64,000 bases of DNA from NCBI GenBank assembly GCA_043228905.1, contig JBHGNT010000008.1, positions 1,364,001 to 1,428,000 of the forward strand, given 5' to 3'. The stretch is from Azolla caroliniana (lineage: Eukaryota > Plantae > Polypodiophyta). The notes under the pieces are model-generated. The model made no database searches. It was not told where the DNA came from and saw nothing but the letters and a program-made list of their open reading frames with translations. This document shows, in pieces, positions 50,381 to 62,869 of the stretch. The position numbers and the translations under genes were made by a program. How positions within the stretch are numbered: the stretch's first letter is position 1; the number at the start of each line of letters is the position of its first letter.

Positions 50381-53300
50381 TTTGACCCCCATATAATTCA
50401 CTTTCAATTGAGATCGTGCACTCCAATAGACTAAAGGGTGGCGTTGATTGAGGGAGGGGGGGTGAGAGAAAAGTACATAATACTCTCCATCTATAGTATC
50501 CATCACTCACCACAAGACAAAGTTACTTGGATCATGGTCGCCCTTTCTCGACAAAGTTTTTAAGACACCCCTCTCGAGGGGGGGGGGGGAGGGAGGGCCG
50601 GCAACGACCACCACCACACCACACTAGACCACACCACACCGTCTCCTCCTAATTAATATTTTGCTAATATTGCTCCTCCACGAGATCGAGGTCAAGTCAT
50701 TACGCTTTCACGTAAAGATCGAGGTTATAAACATGGAATTTATTAACTTATTCATCATCGAGGGGCCCTACACCCACTAGTGTGAATCCAAAATTCTTTG
50801 AATCTCACGCAATTCAAGAGGAGAGTCAGCTCCCATGAATATATATGCTACTTTGTTTTACGAAAGATTGAGTGTAGCAGAGAACACTTGGAATCATGCT
50901 TTTCTTTTTAAATTCTGAACGAAACTGGAACCACGCCTTCTTTATTCTAAACACTCCATTACATACATTGTATCATCTCCTATGTTTTTCTCATAATCTT
51001 TACTTTTTCTCCGGTATTCCTATGTTTAATGTCTCGGTCGAGTCTCCTATGTTTAATGTCCCATAGTCGTGCCATGTCTTATAGTCATCAAATTACCGTA
51101 ATTTGTGCACAAATATATGGCCAATGAACCATTTTAATTCTCAATTATGCAAGCAACACAAAAATTCTAGAGAGGTGTACGATATAAGCAATATGATGTT
51201 TGACAATGCATCCAAATGCATACACCTATAAATACATCAATTTTAATGAGGAGTTTAATTTCACCAAAGGGTTGGACTTAATGCGTAATTGCTGTGTTTA
51301 AAAGCAAACAAGGTGGCCCTATTCTTAAGTTAGTTGTCATAGTTAAGCAAGCAAGTCGAAGGCCTTGAATATGTTTACTAAATGTGATTTAGTGTCTACT
51401 ATTGCGGGAAAAATGTATGCATACCGTTAAGAAATAGAAAACGACATTTTAAAGATAGCATAGGGAGTCAACATTTGGATTGTGGGGGCGGCATTGCATG
51501 ATGTTTGATTGAATATTATAAGCTAATGTTTCTCAAAGGTTCACCAAATCATATTAGTGAGATGGTCTCATAGCACAATGATAATATAACAACTTCGAGC
51601 AAAGTCGGTATATTTTTAATAAGCATGAAAACTTGGATCTAATTCCTTTCTCGTACCCATTTACTTATGAGAATGTTTACAATAGAAGGGATTTGAAGGC
51701 TTTACAATTATCTTATAATTGGGTTCCCATCAAGATATGAATCATAAGGTTCCTAGATTTTGTTCTTTGAGAGGTCTATCACACAATAACAAAGAAGTGC
51801 AAATTTCTTCTAATAAATTACTATCATTTATTAGATCAATTCTCCATAATGAAATTAACACTATTTCCAAAATAAGGCACAATGCACGATGAGTGTCACC
51901 CAGCATAATAGAAATCTATTACCTTGTATTGGTTCAATGTGAATGTAACATTATCACATTATTCAATGTAAAAACCAAGTTGATCCTACATGAGAAACGA
52001 AGACGAAGAGAAAAAAGAATTATTATTAAATACCTAGAAGAGGTTAAGAATGATCTTCCATTTTACTTGAAATGTATTAAATTAAGAAAAGTTGCAACCT
52101 TTTAGTTATGGTGAGCAAAGTAGCACTGTTCTACAATTCTTTCTCGATTAAAAATTCAACATGTGCAGTTAGATCTTATATGAAGGCTTTAGAAGAAAAT
52201 ACAACATTATATATATATATATATATAGTCTATAGTATATACAAACATTTGTTGAGGATCATGATAAGATATCAATTAGAACATGCACTTTTCTCGTTTG
52301 ACATAATTGAAACATTAAAAGACCCATTTCCTAACAAAGAGCCACATGTTCCCTTTTGTGTGATGAAAGAATGCATTGAAGAGGATATCAAACAATGTGT
52401 TGTATGCTTAGACAAACTAACTCCAAAAGTTTCGCTTCTTTGGAATGATTTAGAATGAGAGTCAACCACCCATTTTAATGTTCCACCATCAAAACGTAAG
52501 ATGATGTGCATGTTCTATGGTCTCTACGCTAGTAATTCCTTTCAAGCACACTACCTTCATAACCATATGAAGCAAATACCAAAGCAATACATGGTAAAGG
52601 GTAATCACCTTGCTAAGAGATTAGATGACATGTGGAATTCGAGTTTTTAAAGTTATAATCTTACAAAACTTGCCATGTGCATACACAAATTTCAATTTCA
52701 TCATGGCTTGGCAAGTATTGCCTCACAAAGCCAACTAACATGATGTTTTGAAACAATTTAAAAAAGATGCAAACTAGTCCCTTATAAATATAATTGCCAT
52801 AATATGCACATGATCCTTGTCATATTGTAAATACACATGCACTATTTTTGTCACAATTCTCATGTTTAATTCTATTTGGACTATATTAGTCCACCATACC
52901 CACTAATTATAATACATCATTGAGCTTATGAATCCCCAAAAAAGATTATCGATTCTCAACCATATAAACGATAATGTATCTAGGCCAAAGTTATTAAATG
53001 TCTTAGAGACATCAATTAGGTCAAATTATATTGAATCTATTTCATTTTATGGATTTCTATCATTGAAGCAAAGAAACATTAGGCTTGCTCACAAACACCG
53101 ACAACTAAAATAAATATGCTATCACCATTGCAGGGTAAGGGCCCCAATATATGTTTCTTGAAAAAGCACAAATCACATTTCCCATCATGGCCCTATGCAA
53201 ACGTAGCTAATCATATATGTATATTATATATATATATAGACAATATTGATAGTGTATACGCATATTGTGGTCATTCATGGAAATATCATTGGCATTGCAA

Positions 53301-56205
53301 TAAGTAGACGACATGCATAGTCATCCTATATGCCCTTTGCTTAGTAAAGAAAATATCCAAAGTTGTCAATCCAACAATGTACCATTCATTAATAGGCAGA
53401 GAGCATTTCTTATAAAAAAAAGCCTAGTAAAGCTTTATATTTTTGACATACTTAAGAGAGAAAATGACATGATGGAATGTGAAACTCACCCCCATTATAA
53501 CGTAAACAAAGTCATGGGCACATATGCCTCATTGTTCAAGGAGCCTTGCTAATCAATATAGTTGAAAGAACATTCCCATCTTTAGTAGTAACAACATCTT
53601 ATTCATGCCCTTTACTATGTGTTTGTGCCCTCTCCTACAATGCTTGTTCTTGATTTTTTGGCATTGGGAATATACTTGAGTGATAAACCATATTTTTATT
53701 AACATTTGCATCAAGTTTCTCTTAGGGTATGTACCATAAAGGTAATCCATGTTTGTGTAAACCCATGCATTTGGATTCACATCTCAGAACGATAAGACTA
53801 TGGAAAGTTAGACTATGGAAAGTCAATATAGCTAACCCTTGGACCATTGTGATTAATAATATTTACGAAAATATATACACAATATGATATACTTACAAAT
53901 GTAAAAATGATTTTTGCATGAAGTGATGCTATATCCTCTCACACATCAATGCAACCACCATTCCTTGTCAAGAGATAGAATTGCTTTAAACCAAACGTTG
54001 TGGGTTCAAATCTTACTTTACATGAGCCAAATGTGTTCTATTTCTCACACATACATCCCCTCAAATGTGCATAAACCATTAGTTCTCTCTCTGATATAAA
54101 TCTTTCCTCTTAAATGAGTTCAATGCATTCCATCTATCACATAAAAATTACACTCTATTCAACAAAAACATTTGGAAGTTGTATATATACAACTTAGGTG
54201 TAACTTAACTCTTTTGGTTATTTATATATATAGCCATTACCAGACACACACATTATAAATTAACTCTCCCTTGTAATGGGCATATACAAATTAACTGACT
54301 TAGCTAGTCAATATTGGAAAAAATGTCAAGCACATTTCAGTGGACAAAGATAAGAATCGATTTGTTAGACGCTTTTTGGTCATGACATCAGATACATTAT
54401 CGAGATTTGGAATCTTGTTGATGACGCATTCTTAGGAAAGATGATGGACTAAATCTTTGCCAAAAAGATAACACCCTACCTATTACTTTATAAGGTTGTA
54501 CTTGAGTTCGTGTCAACTAATTTAGTAAGCCATAGTGCTTCCTTAGCTTCTTTGGATTTAGCTACATATTTTGATTCGGTTATGGATGTTGCCATGCATT
54601 CCTAATTGTTGAGATATCAAGCTCAACTATGTTTAGTTATTTAGTCAACCATGTAACTTCGTAGTTACCTAGATAGAATCTAGTTAGAAGTGTTGACGAT
54701 AAATCCTTAAATAGGACCTTGTACTTAAGTGGGATATTCTAGATCCTCCACTCCAAAGTACTTTTAATATAGCACTTACACCTTTGTACCTAGATTCTCC
54801 TCACACATGTGCACCCTCGCACATGAGATGTATATATACCTCATTGTGGGTATTTTTGTATTTGATGATGCTTTTTAATATAGTTAATCATTCCCCATCT
54901 TGTCTCGTTGTTCATAGTGTTAACTTCCTCTCTCTCTTCCTCTCACACACATACACACACATATCACTTAATCTTCCGCTTAAATTAATCACATAATTAG
55001 CTACTAATTAACCCGTAGTTAATTACCTAATTATTAACATGGTATCAGAGCGTGTGGTTTAGAAAATCCACTAAGCCCACCCGATTCCGTGCTTGTGTGT
55101 TTGAAACGGCAACGACAAATTCCGGCTATCGGCTACCGTAGTGCCGCAACGTAGCACGTGTACGAGATCGAAGGAAGAAAAGCAAAAGAAGAGAAGACAC
55201 TAATCAACATGAATACACAAATGGGTAGCTCGCTCCCTAGTGAAAAGCTAGACCGGAGCAATTATTCATCTTGGGAGTACAAGATGAACCAATACCTTGT
55301 CGGCCAAGGGTCTTGGAGCTACATCAACGGCGCACTCGAAACCAAACCCGACATCACAAACGCCAACTACCCAACGTGAGAGCAAGGAGTGAGTCCAGTA
55401 ATGTATTGCTTGGCAACATGTGTCCACGATCACATGCTTAGCCACATTTGAGACGCCAAGACGCTTAAAGAGGCATGGGAGAACTTGAAGAAGATCTTCG
55501 CCGCCAACACAACGGCCCGAAAGCTTCAACTCCAACAAGAGTTGAACAACATTCAACAAAACAATATGTCTGTGCCGGACTACACCACCAAGATCAAGAG
55601 CATTTGCGACTCGCTTGGCTCCATCAACATAAACATCGACAAAGACGAGATGGTTCAAGTATGCTTGGGCAGCCTCGCACAACGATTCGACTCGTTGAGG
55701 ACGACAATCTTGGCAAGGGAAAACCTTCCTTCATTCTTTGACCTCCAATCAATGGTATTGGTCGAAGAGAACCACGTCCGAACCAAAATCAAGACGTCGG
55801 AAGGAAAAATGTTCTTCTCGAATTCGGATGGTGGCCGAGGACGAGGTCCAGGCGGTAGAAGAGGTCGATTTGACCCATCGAACGAAGGGAACTCAAACCT
55901 TCGGCAACAAGACATAAGCCATCAAGGAAACTTCGGAAGAAGGGGGAGCTTCCATGCCAAACAAGGTCGGCAAATGTGGCCCCTCACTTGCAATTATTGC
56001 GACAAAATTGGCCACCGCAAAGAGGAGTGTTGGAAAAAGAGAAGTGCGGCTTCGACAAGCAGACAACTCACAAACTACACCAACAACTCCGAATATGACG
56101 ACTTGAGACATAGAGAGAACTCTATGTTGGTCTTTGACTCCACAAGCACCTCCAACTTGGAAGATGTGTGGTTTGTCAACTCCGGTGCATCACATCATAT
56201 GAAGT

Positions 56206-56978
56206 TGTCGTAGTGTATTTCGTACACTACGTGAAAAACGTATAAAGTACCTGATTTAATAAATATGAAGAAAACGAAGAAAATATGAGAATACATGTTA
56301 CATGGATAGGGCAAGATTCAAACCTTGTACCTCAATGTTAATAATTTGAAAGCTTACCATTACACGAACACATCATAAATGATAAAAAAGTAGATATTCC
56401 ACATAGAAAGGTTACTTCACGCATAGTTTCTAGGAAAAAGCTTTACTTAGAAGAAAAATGCATGATAAAAAAAGCTACACATGCACATCTAGTGTGCATA
56501 AACACTATAGTCGATAAAAAGCGCATGAGGTTAGAAAAAGCATGTTACATAAAGCATATAGTCTATAGATAGAGAAAGCATGGAGTCCATAGTTAGAGAA
56601 AAAGCATGGATTGCTAAGACTCTCTCATCACTATATAAGGATGGGGAGCACAATGTAATAGGGGAGTGTGAAAACTTTGGAAATTGGATATTTCTAAAAA
56701 CACCAATTAATAAATTATATTCGTGGGATTCACGAAATAAACTATACTCGTGGGATTCACGAGGTTTCTATATCTCTCTCTTTCAATCCAAATTCATATT
56801 CTTATCTTAATATTGATTGAATAAAATACATTATACTCGTGGGATTCATGAGGTTTTTAGATCTCTTTCTTAAAATCTATTCATAACTAGATTCGTCTCA
56901 AATTCTTCCTCCTCCTAGTCCAAAACCTAGTGGTTCTCACCCGACTCGCGCAACGATCCAACGCTGAAAGGCACGACA
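56206..56978 (+). mobile_element. Solo LTR (probably gypsy) inserted in the copia protease
   Basis: TGTCGT..ACGACA inverted ends, apparent 4-bp TSD AAGT/ACGT. Removal restores HHMTSHQ. Three internal (c/t)tcgtgggattca repeats; TATA-like tatataag at ~56632. Confidence 0.85.
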
Positions 56979-58536
56979 ACGTCACACCAATAGTGGTTTC
57001 ATGGCTTACGAACACCGGATGGACCTGGCTTCATAGAGACGGGAGACGACACCACGCATCCCATTCGGCACATCGACAATGTCCCATTCCGGAAAGAAGG
57101 TGAACAAACTTGCATCAAGAATGTCTTGCATGTGCCCACAATAATAAAGAATTTGGTCTCGGTAGGCCAAATTGTGGAGCAAGGCATGCAAGTTCATTTC
57201 AACAACGAATGATGCTTCATCGAGAAAGATGGCCGACTAATAGCTAAGGGGCGGAGAGACGACTGAATGTTCATCCTCGATTTGAATGAGGTAAAATCGG
57301 CCATGTATGCTAAAGGTGTCAATACCGAGATGAGCATCGAGTTGTGGCACAAAAGAATCGGCCAGATAAACCTCCAACGGCTTCAAGCAATGCAATCAAA
57401 GGGAGTCGTCATCGGACTTCCGGCCTTAGAGTCAAAACGAGTCGACCGAGTGTGCAAAGCATGCCAACTCGGCAAACAACATCGAGTCCCATTCCTGAAG
57501 GAGAGCTACGCGAGCAAAGGCCTCCTCGACATCATACACTTGGATGTATGGGGATCGACTCAAACGCTGACGATTGGCGGATGCCGATACTACATCACCT
57601 TCATCGACGATTATTCCCGCTACACGTGGATCTTTCCGATGAAGGAGAAGAGCGAATTGCTCTCCCACTTCCAAAAGCTCAAGGGCCAAGTGGAGAAAGA
57701 AACCAGTCGGCACATTCGATCCCTAAGATTGGATGGAGGCAAGGAGTACTTCTACGACAAATTCATCTCCTACCTCCAAGGTGAAGGCATTTAGAAAGAA
57801 TTCTCGTGCCAACACACACCCCAACAAAATGGAGTTGCCGAAAGAAAGAATCGGCAAATACTCGAGGTAACACGTGCCATCATGCATGAGAAGCACATGC
57901 ATAACTTCTATTGGGCCGAAGCGGCATCCACGATCGTCTATCACATGAACTGGTGCACCACTAATGGAGTAAATGAGCTAACTCCACACGAGCTCCTTGT
58001 CGGAAGGAAGCCGATCCTGTCGCACCTCAAGGTGTTCAGAAGCATTGCGAATGTGCGCATCTGTCGAAATTCCGTGCTCGGCCACAACCGAGGAACAGGA
58101 TCGATTCACAGAAAACGGGAAATACAACAATGCACGAAAAACAATAGAGAGAAGGGCACACTGGATGTTTCACGTGGAAAACCCTAAATGGGAAAAACCA
58201 CGGGAGTGCAAGACTCCAACTATCACTATACGCGGGAATGTACAATGGCGAGCTGCAAGGCGACGACCTTGAGCTCGCTGTCCTCGCCACAGGCGGCGGT
58301 ATTACACAGAGGCGTCGACCTCTTCCTTCCTCCTTCTCTCTCACACTCTCTCGGCTGCTCTCACTTCGCTCCCTCTTCGTGAAAACAGAAAATGAGCAAC
58401 AACAACATAAAACTGTTTGCCCTAAGTCATATTTATACACATATGACTTTCGGGCTATTTACAAATATAGCCTCAAGGGCTCTTGGCAAACATATTCACA
58501 AATATGTCCCCGGAGCCGGATCTCTCTCCGGGTACA

Positions 58537-58690
58537 CTCATCATCCGGCTCCGTAGCCGGGGTCTTCATCATCCGGCTCCGTAGCCGGGTCTTCGTCATC
58601 CGGCTCCGTAGCCGGGTCTTCGTCATCCGGCTCCGTAACCGGGTCTTCGTCATCCGGCTCTGTAACCGGGGTCTCTTCATCCGGCTTCAT
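58537..58690. repeat. 27-bp tandem repeat in the LTR U3 (also at ~63376-63529)
   Basis: About five copies of gggtcttcgtcatccggctccgta(g/a)cc. Confidence 0.9.
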
Positions 58691-58795
58691 GCCGGGTACT
58701 ATTCATCATCCGGTTCCGTAATCGCAACCGGGCTTGCCGTCATTCATCTCCGGACATCCCATCCGGAGGGACCGAAATCCCAACAAACTCCCCCT

Positions 58796-61700
58796 TCACT
58801 TCGGCATGGGATGTCTCTCCAATCCGATCCTCTTCCGGCATGCTTCTAGCTTGTCGGGTGTGAGCACTTTGGTCAGCATATCTGACCCGTTCTCGTCCGT
58901 GTGGATCTTCGTCAACACGAACTCCTGGTCTTCTATCCTTTCCCGGATCCAGTGATATCTTCGTTGGATGTGCTTCGTCCGGGAGTGATAGGCCGCGTTC
59001 TTCGCAAGGTGGATGGCACTCTGACTGTCGCAGTAGAGTCGGTACTCCTCCTGCCGGATACCGAGCTCTCTAATGAAGTCCTTCATCCATATTATTTCCT
59101 TGCCGGCTTCAACAACCGCCATGTACTCCGCCTCCGTGGTTGACAACGCAACCGTCTTCTGCAGCCTCGACTGCCACGAAACAGCTCCCCCTGCATACGT
59201 CATCACATACCCTGATGTGGACCGGCTGGTATCTGCATCAGCCGACATATCCGAATCGGTAAATCCATCGAGTTCGGGCTTACCGGAGCCGAATCGGAGG
59301 CACACGTTTGCCGTGCCCTTCAGGTATCGGAGTGTCCATTTGACCGCGTTCCAGTGCTCCTTGCCGGGGTTGCTCATGTACCGGCTCACCACTCCGACTG
59401 CATATCCTATGTCCGGTCTTGTACACACCATTGCGTAGATCAAGCTTCCGACGGCAGAGGCATATGGTACTTTCATCATGTCCTCCTTCTCAGCCTTTGT
59501 CTTGGGACTTTGCTTGCCGGATAACTTGCAGTTTGTCGGGAGGGTTGATCCGACCGGTCTTGCTTCCGACATGTTGAACCGTTGAAGCACCTTTGTCACG
59601 TACTTCTCCTGTGACAGCCACAACTGCTTCTTCTTCCGGTCCCGGATGATGTGCATCCCTAGTATTTGCCTCGCCGGACCCAGGTCCTTCATTGAGAAGG
59701 TTCGGTGAAGAGCCTTCTTCAGCATCCGTATCTTGACCTGGTCTCGTCCGACGATCAACATGTCGTCCACGTACAGGAGGAGTATTAGAAAGTCTCCTCC
59801 TTCGAACTTCTTCACAAACACGCAGTGATCGGACTGCGTTTTGTGGTACCCTTCGTCTGTCATGAATGAGTCGAACTTCCGGTACCATTGCCGGGGAGCC
59901 TGCTTCAGACCGTAAAGGCTCTTCTTCAACCGGCATACCAGGTGCTCCTTCCCTTTCTCCTCGAATCCTTCCGGTTGCTGCATGTAGATCTCTTCTTCGA
60001 GGTCACCGTGAAGGAATGCCGTCTTCACGTCCATCTGTTCTACCTCGAGGTCCATGCTTGCCGCTATGCTCAGCACCGTCCGGATGGAGGTCATCTTCAC
60101 TACCGGGGCAAATATCTCGTCGAAGTCGACGCCCTTCTTCTGCTGAAACCCCTTCACCACGATCCTGGCTTTGTATCTCGGGGGGTTTCCGGCATCTCCC
60201 GGTTTCAGCTTGAACACCCACTTGTTTCGGAGTGCTCGCTTTCCTTTCGGCAACTCCACTAGTTCATATGTGTGGTTCTCATGCAGGGAATCCATCTCGT
60301 CCTGCATGGCACTCAACCACCTGCGGCTCTGGGTGTCGTGCTTTGCTTCTTCAAAGCTCTCCGGCTCCCCCTCGTCGGTTAGCAGCACGTGCTCTGGTTC
60401 CGGAAATCTCCGGGGGGCCCTTCTCTCCCTTAGAGGATATCTCCGTTCCGGAGCTTCGGTAACCGGCTCCTCCGTTTCCTCTTCATCCGAATCCATTTCG
60501 GGATCGGGGCCGGTTCCGGTATCAGTTTCATCTTCCTCGGCCGGTTCTGTTTCTTCACCGTCTTCGGCCGGATCCTCGAGTGCTAACCGGTCCCTTGCCG
60601 GTCGGGACTGCTCTTCGTAGAGTTGATTCTCACCGGTCGACTTTGAGCTCTTCATCTTCTTCTCCGACTCCCAGTCGGCGAGTGTCTTGTCCTCCATGAA
60701 GATGATATCACGACTCCTGAATATCTTCTTGTCGACCGGGTCCCATACTCGGTAGCCGAACTCGTCGTTGCCGTAACCGAGGAATATGCATGGCCGGGTC
60801 TTTGGATCTAGCTTTCCTCTCCGGTCCTTTGCCACATGCACGTATGCGAGACACCCGAACACCTTCAGATGCCGGTAGGATACTTCCCTACCGGTCCACA
60901 CTGTCTGCGGCGTGTCTCCGTCCAAAGGTACTGAGGGTGATCTGTTTATCACGTATGTCGCCGTCGACATTGCCTCAGCCCAAAACCCCTTGGGTAATTT
61001 CGCATGCGCCAGCATACTCCGGACCCTCTCCATTATGGTCCGGTTCATCCTCTCGGCCAGCCCGTTCAGTTCCGGCGTCTTCGGCACAGTAAACTCGAGC
61101 CGGATTCCCTTCGAGCGACAGTACTCCTGGAACTGCCCCCGGTATTCCCCTCCGTTATCCGCTCGTATCGCTTTCAGCTTCTTGCCGGATTCCCTTTCCA
61201 CTCTCGCGTGGAGTTCTTTGAAGACGGACAATACTTGGTCCTTTGTCTTCAACGGTGCCGTCCACAGCTTCCGGCTGTGATCATCAATGAATGTTACGAA
61301 GTACTGGGCTCCGCCATGTGACTTCGTTTCTACCTGACACACATCAGTGTGCACCAACTCCAATGGTGCACTACGTCTCGTCGGTGGCCTTGAGTGGAAG
61401 GAGGTCCGGTTTTGCTTACCGGCCAGACAGTCGGTACACTTCTCCAGGTGCACATGCTTCACTGGAGTGAGGTTGTCTTCTGCAAGCCTCTTCATCCCCT
61501 TCTCACTCATGTGGCACAGTCTCTTGTGCCATAGCTCACCGGCAGTGTCAGCTGCCACGTTCAGCTCCTCCGGACATAGCCGGGAATTCATCAGGTACAG
61601 TGTGTTGATCTTCCGGGCCCGAGCCACTATCAGGCTCCCTTTGCTGAACTTCATGACACCGTTCCGGATGCTACCCGTGTAGCCTTCATCATCTAGCCTC

Positions 61701-62869
61701 CCGGCTGAGATTAGGTTCAATCGGACCTCCGGAACGTGTCGAACATCCTTCAGCAGCATCTTGCATCCGGTTGATGTCATCAGCCACACGTCTCCTATGC
61801 CGGCAATCCGGCATGTACCTTCATTTCCCATCCGGACACAGCCGTGCTCACCGGATGTGTAGGATGAGAAGTATTTCTTCTCCGGGGTCAGGTGGAACGA
61901 CGCTCCGGAATCGACCACCCAGGTCATCTCTTCACCGGCAAGGTTCAGCTCCCTCTCTTCGGTAATGAGCATTATCTCTTCTTCACTTGCCGCGAGTGCC
62001 GTCGTTCCTTTCCGGTCCTGCCCTCGCCGATCCGGACCTCTCCGGTCCGTGGCTCCCCGGTATGCACCGTTTCTCTCCGGTGACTTCTTCGAATCGGTGT
62101 CGTCGGCTCCGTTGTCCTTACGGTAATGCCGACAATTCTTCCGGAAGTGCCCCGGCTTCCCACAGTGGAAGCATGTGGGTCTTCCTCTTGACTGCGACCG
62201 GGTCCCCGACTTCTCCCGTCTTTGCGGACTCCGGTTCCATTGTCTTCCCCGATCCGATTCGGTAAGCAGCGCCTTCGGGTCGGAGGCCGGTTCTTTATCT
62301 CTCCGACGCGCTTCTTCGTTCAAAATACTTGTCTTTACCGTTTGTAGAGACAAGTTATCTTCGGTGCAGGAGGTGCTGAGAGTCACCACCAAGTTCTCCC
62401 AGCTGTCCGGCAATGTACACATCAGGATGATGGCTTGCATTGCATCCTCCAACGGGAACTTGATCGCCGCAAGCTGGTTCACGAATCCCATGAACGTGCT
62501 TACGTGTTCCACCATACTCTCGCCGTCCCGGTACTTGAGGTTCACTATCTTTCTCATCAGGGAGGTCCGGTTCAACGCATTCTTCCTCTCGTAGAGGCCC
62601 GACAGCTTCCTCCACATCTCATATGCGTTGGTGTCGTTCGCCACGTGTTGTAGAACGCTCACGTCGACGTATTGCCGAATGGTTGCAACGGCTTTCCGGT
62701 TCAGAAGCCTCCACTCCGTCTCAAGTACCCCCTTGGGTATTTCCGACCTGTCGATCGGTTCATACAGGTCCCGAACAATGAGCAGATCCTCCATCTTTAT
62801 CTTCCAGTCGGCGTAGTTCTGCGCATTTAGCACCATCATCCCCGGCTGCCCGCTGCTGCCGCCTTCCAT
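58796..62869 (-). CDS. Copia Gag-Pol polyprotein (1357 aa from the ATG after the PBS)
   Basis: CFHCGKPGHFRKNC knuckle, VVDSGAS protease, HHCC plus VHTDV/RADNGGE/NGLAER integrase, QMDVKTAFL and LYVDDML RT, FTDSD/STTEAEY/CDSQSA RNaseH. Confidence 0.97.
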   Translation of the reverse strand: MEGGSSGQPGMMVLNAQNYADWKIKMEDLLIVRDLYEPIDRSEIPKGVLETEWRLLNRKAVATIRQYVDVSVLQHVANDTNAYEMWRKLSGLYERKNALNRTSLMRKIVNLKYRDGESMVEHVSTFMGFVNQLAAIKFPLEDAMQAIILMCTLPDSWENLVVTLSTSCTEDNLSLQTVKTSILNEEARRRDKEPASDPKALLTESDRGRQWNRSPQRREKSGTRSQSRGRPTCFHCGKPGHFRKNCRHYRKDNGADDTDSKKSPERNGAYRGATDRRGPDRRGQDRKGTTALAASEEEIMLITEERELNLAGEEMTWVVDSGASFHLTPEKKYFSSYTSGEHGCVRMGNEGTCRIAGIGDVWLMTSTGCKMLLKDVRHVPEVRLNLISAGRLDDEGYTGSIRNGVMKFSKGSLIVARARKINTLYLMNSRLCPEELNVAADTAGELWHKRLCHMSEKGMKRLAEDNLTPVKHVHLEKCTDCLAGKQNRTSFHSRPPTRRSAPLELVHTDVCQVETKSHGGAQYFVTFIDDHSRKLWTAPLKTKDQVLSVFKELHARVERESGKKLKAIRADNGGEYRGQFQEYCRSKGIRLEFTVPKTPELNGLAERMNRTIMERVRSMLAHAKLPKGFWAEAMSTATYVINRSPSVPLDGDTPQTVWTGREVSYRHLKVFGCLAYVHVAKDRRGKLDPKTRPCIFLGYGNDEFGYRVWDPVDKKIFRSRDIIFMEDKTLADWESEKKMKSSKSTGENQLYEEQSRPARDRLALEDPAEDGEETEPAEEDETDTGTGPDPEMDSDEEETEEPVTEAPERRYPLRERRAPRRFPEPEHVLLTDEGEPESFEEAKHDTQSRRWLSAMQDEMDSLHENHTYELVELPKGKRALRNKWVFKLKPGDAGNPPRYKARIVVKGFQQKKGVDFDEIFAPVVKMTSIRTVLSIAASMDLEVEQMDVKTAFLHGDLEEEIYMQQPEGFEEKGKEHLVCRLKKSLYGLKQAPRQWYRKFDSFMTDEGYHKTQSDHCVFVKKFEGGDFLILLLYVDDMLIVGRDQVKIRMLKKALHRTFSMKDLGPARQILGMHIIRDRKKKQLWLSQEKYVTKVLQRFNMSEARPVGSTLPTNCKLSGKQSPKTKAEKEDMMKVPYASAVGSLIYAMVCTRPDIGYAVGVVSRYMSNPGKEHWNAVKWTLRYLKGTANVCLRFGSGKPELDGFTDSDMSADADTSRSTSGYVMTYAGGAVSWQSRLQKTVALSTTEAEYMAVVEAGKEIIWMKDFIRELGIRQEEYRLYCDSQSAIHLAKNAAYHSRTKHIQRRYHWIRERIEDQEFVLTKIHTDENGSDMLTKVLTPDKLEACRKRIGLERHPMPK

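Noticed and set aside
51850-53800. Possible decayed DNA-transposon coding region (similar impression at 17750-19400)
   Set aside because: Short ORFs with no motif I can name confidently; a translated HMM search would be needed.
58238-58849. Repeat protein with VFVIRLRSR units (also 63077-63634 and 5770-6336)
   Set aside because: Translation of the 27-bp LTR repeat, which is a multiple of three and happens to lack stops.
59073-62816. Many + strand ORFs opposite the copia polyprotein
   Set aside because: Antisense shadows of a GC-rich coding sequence with no recognisable motifs.
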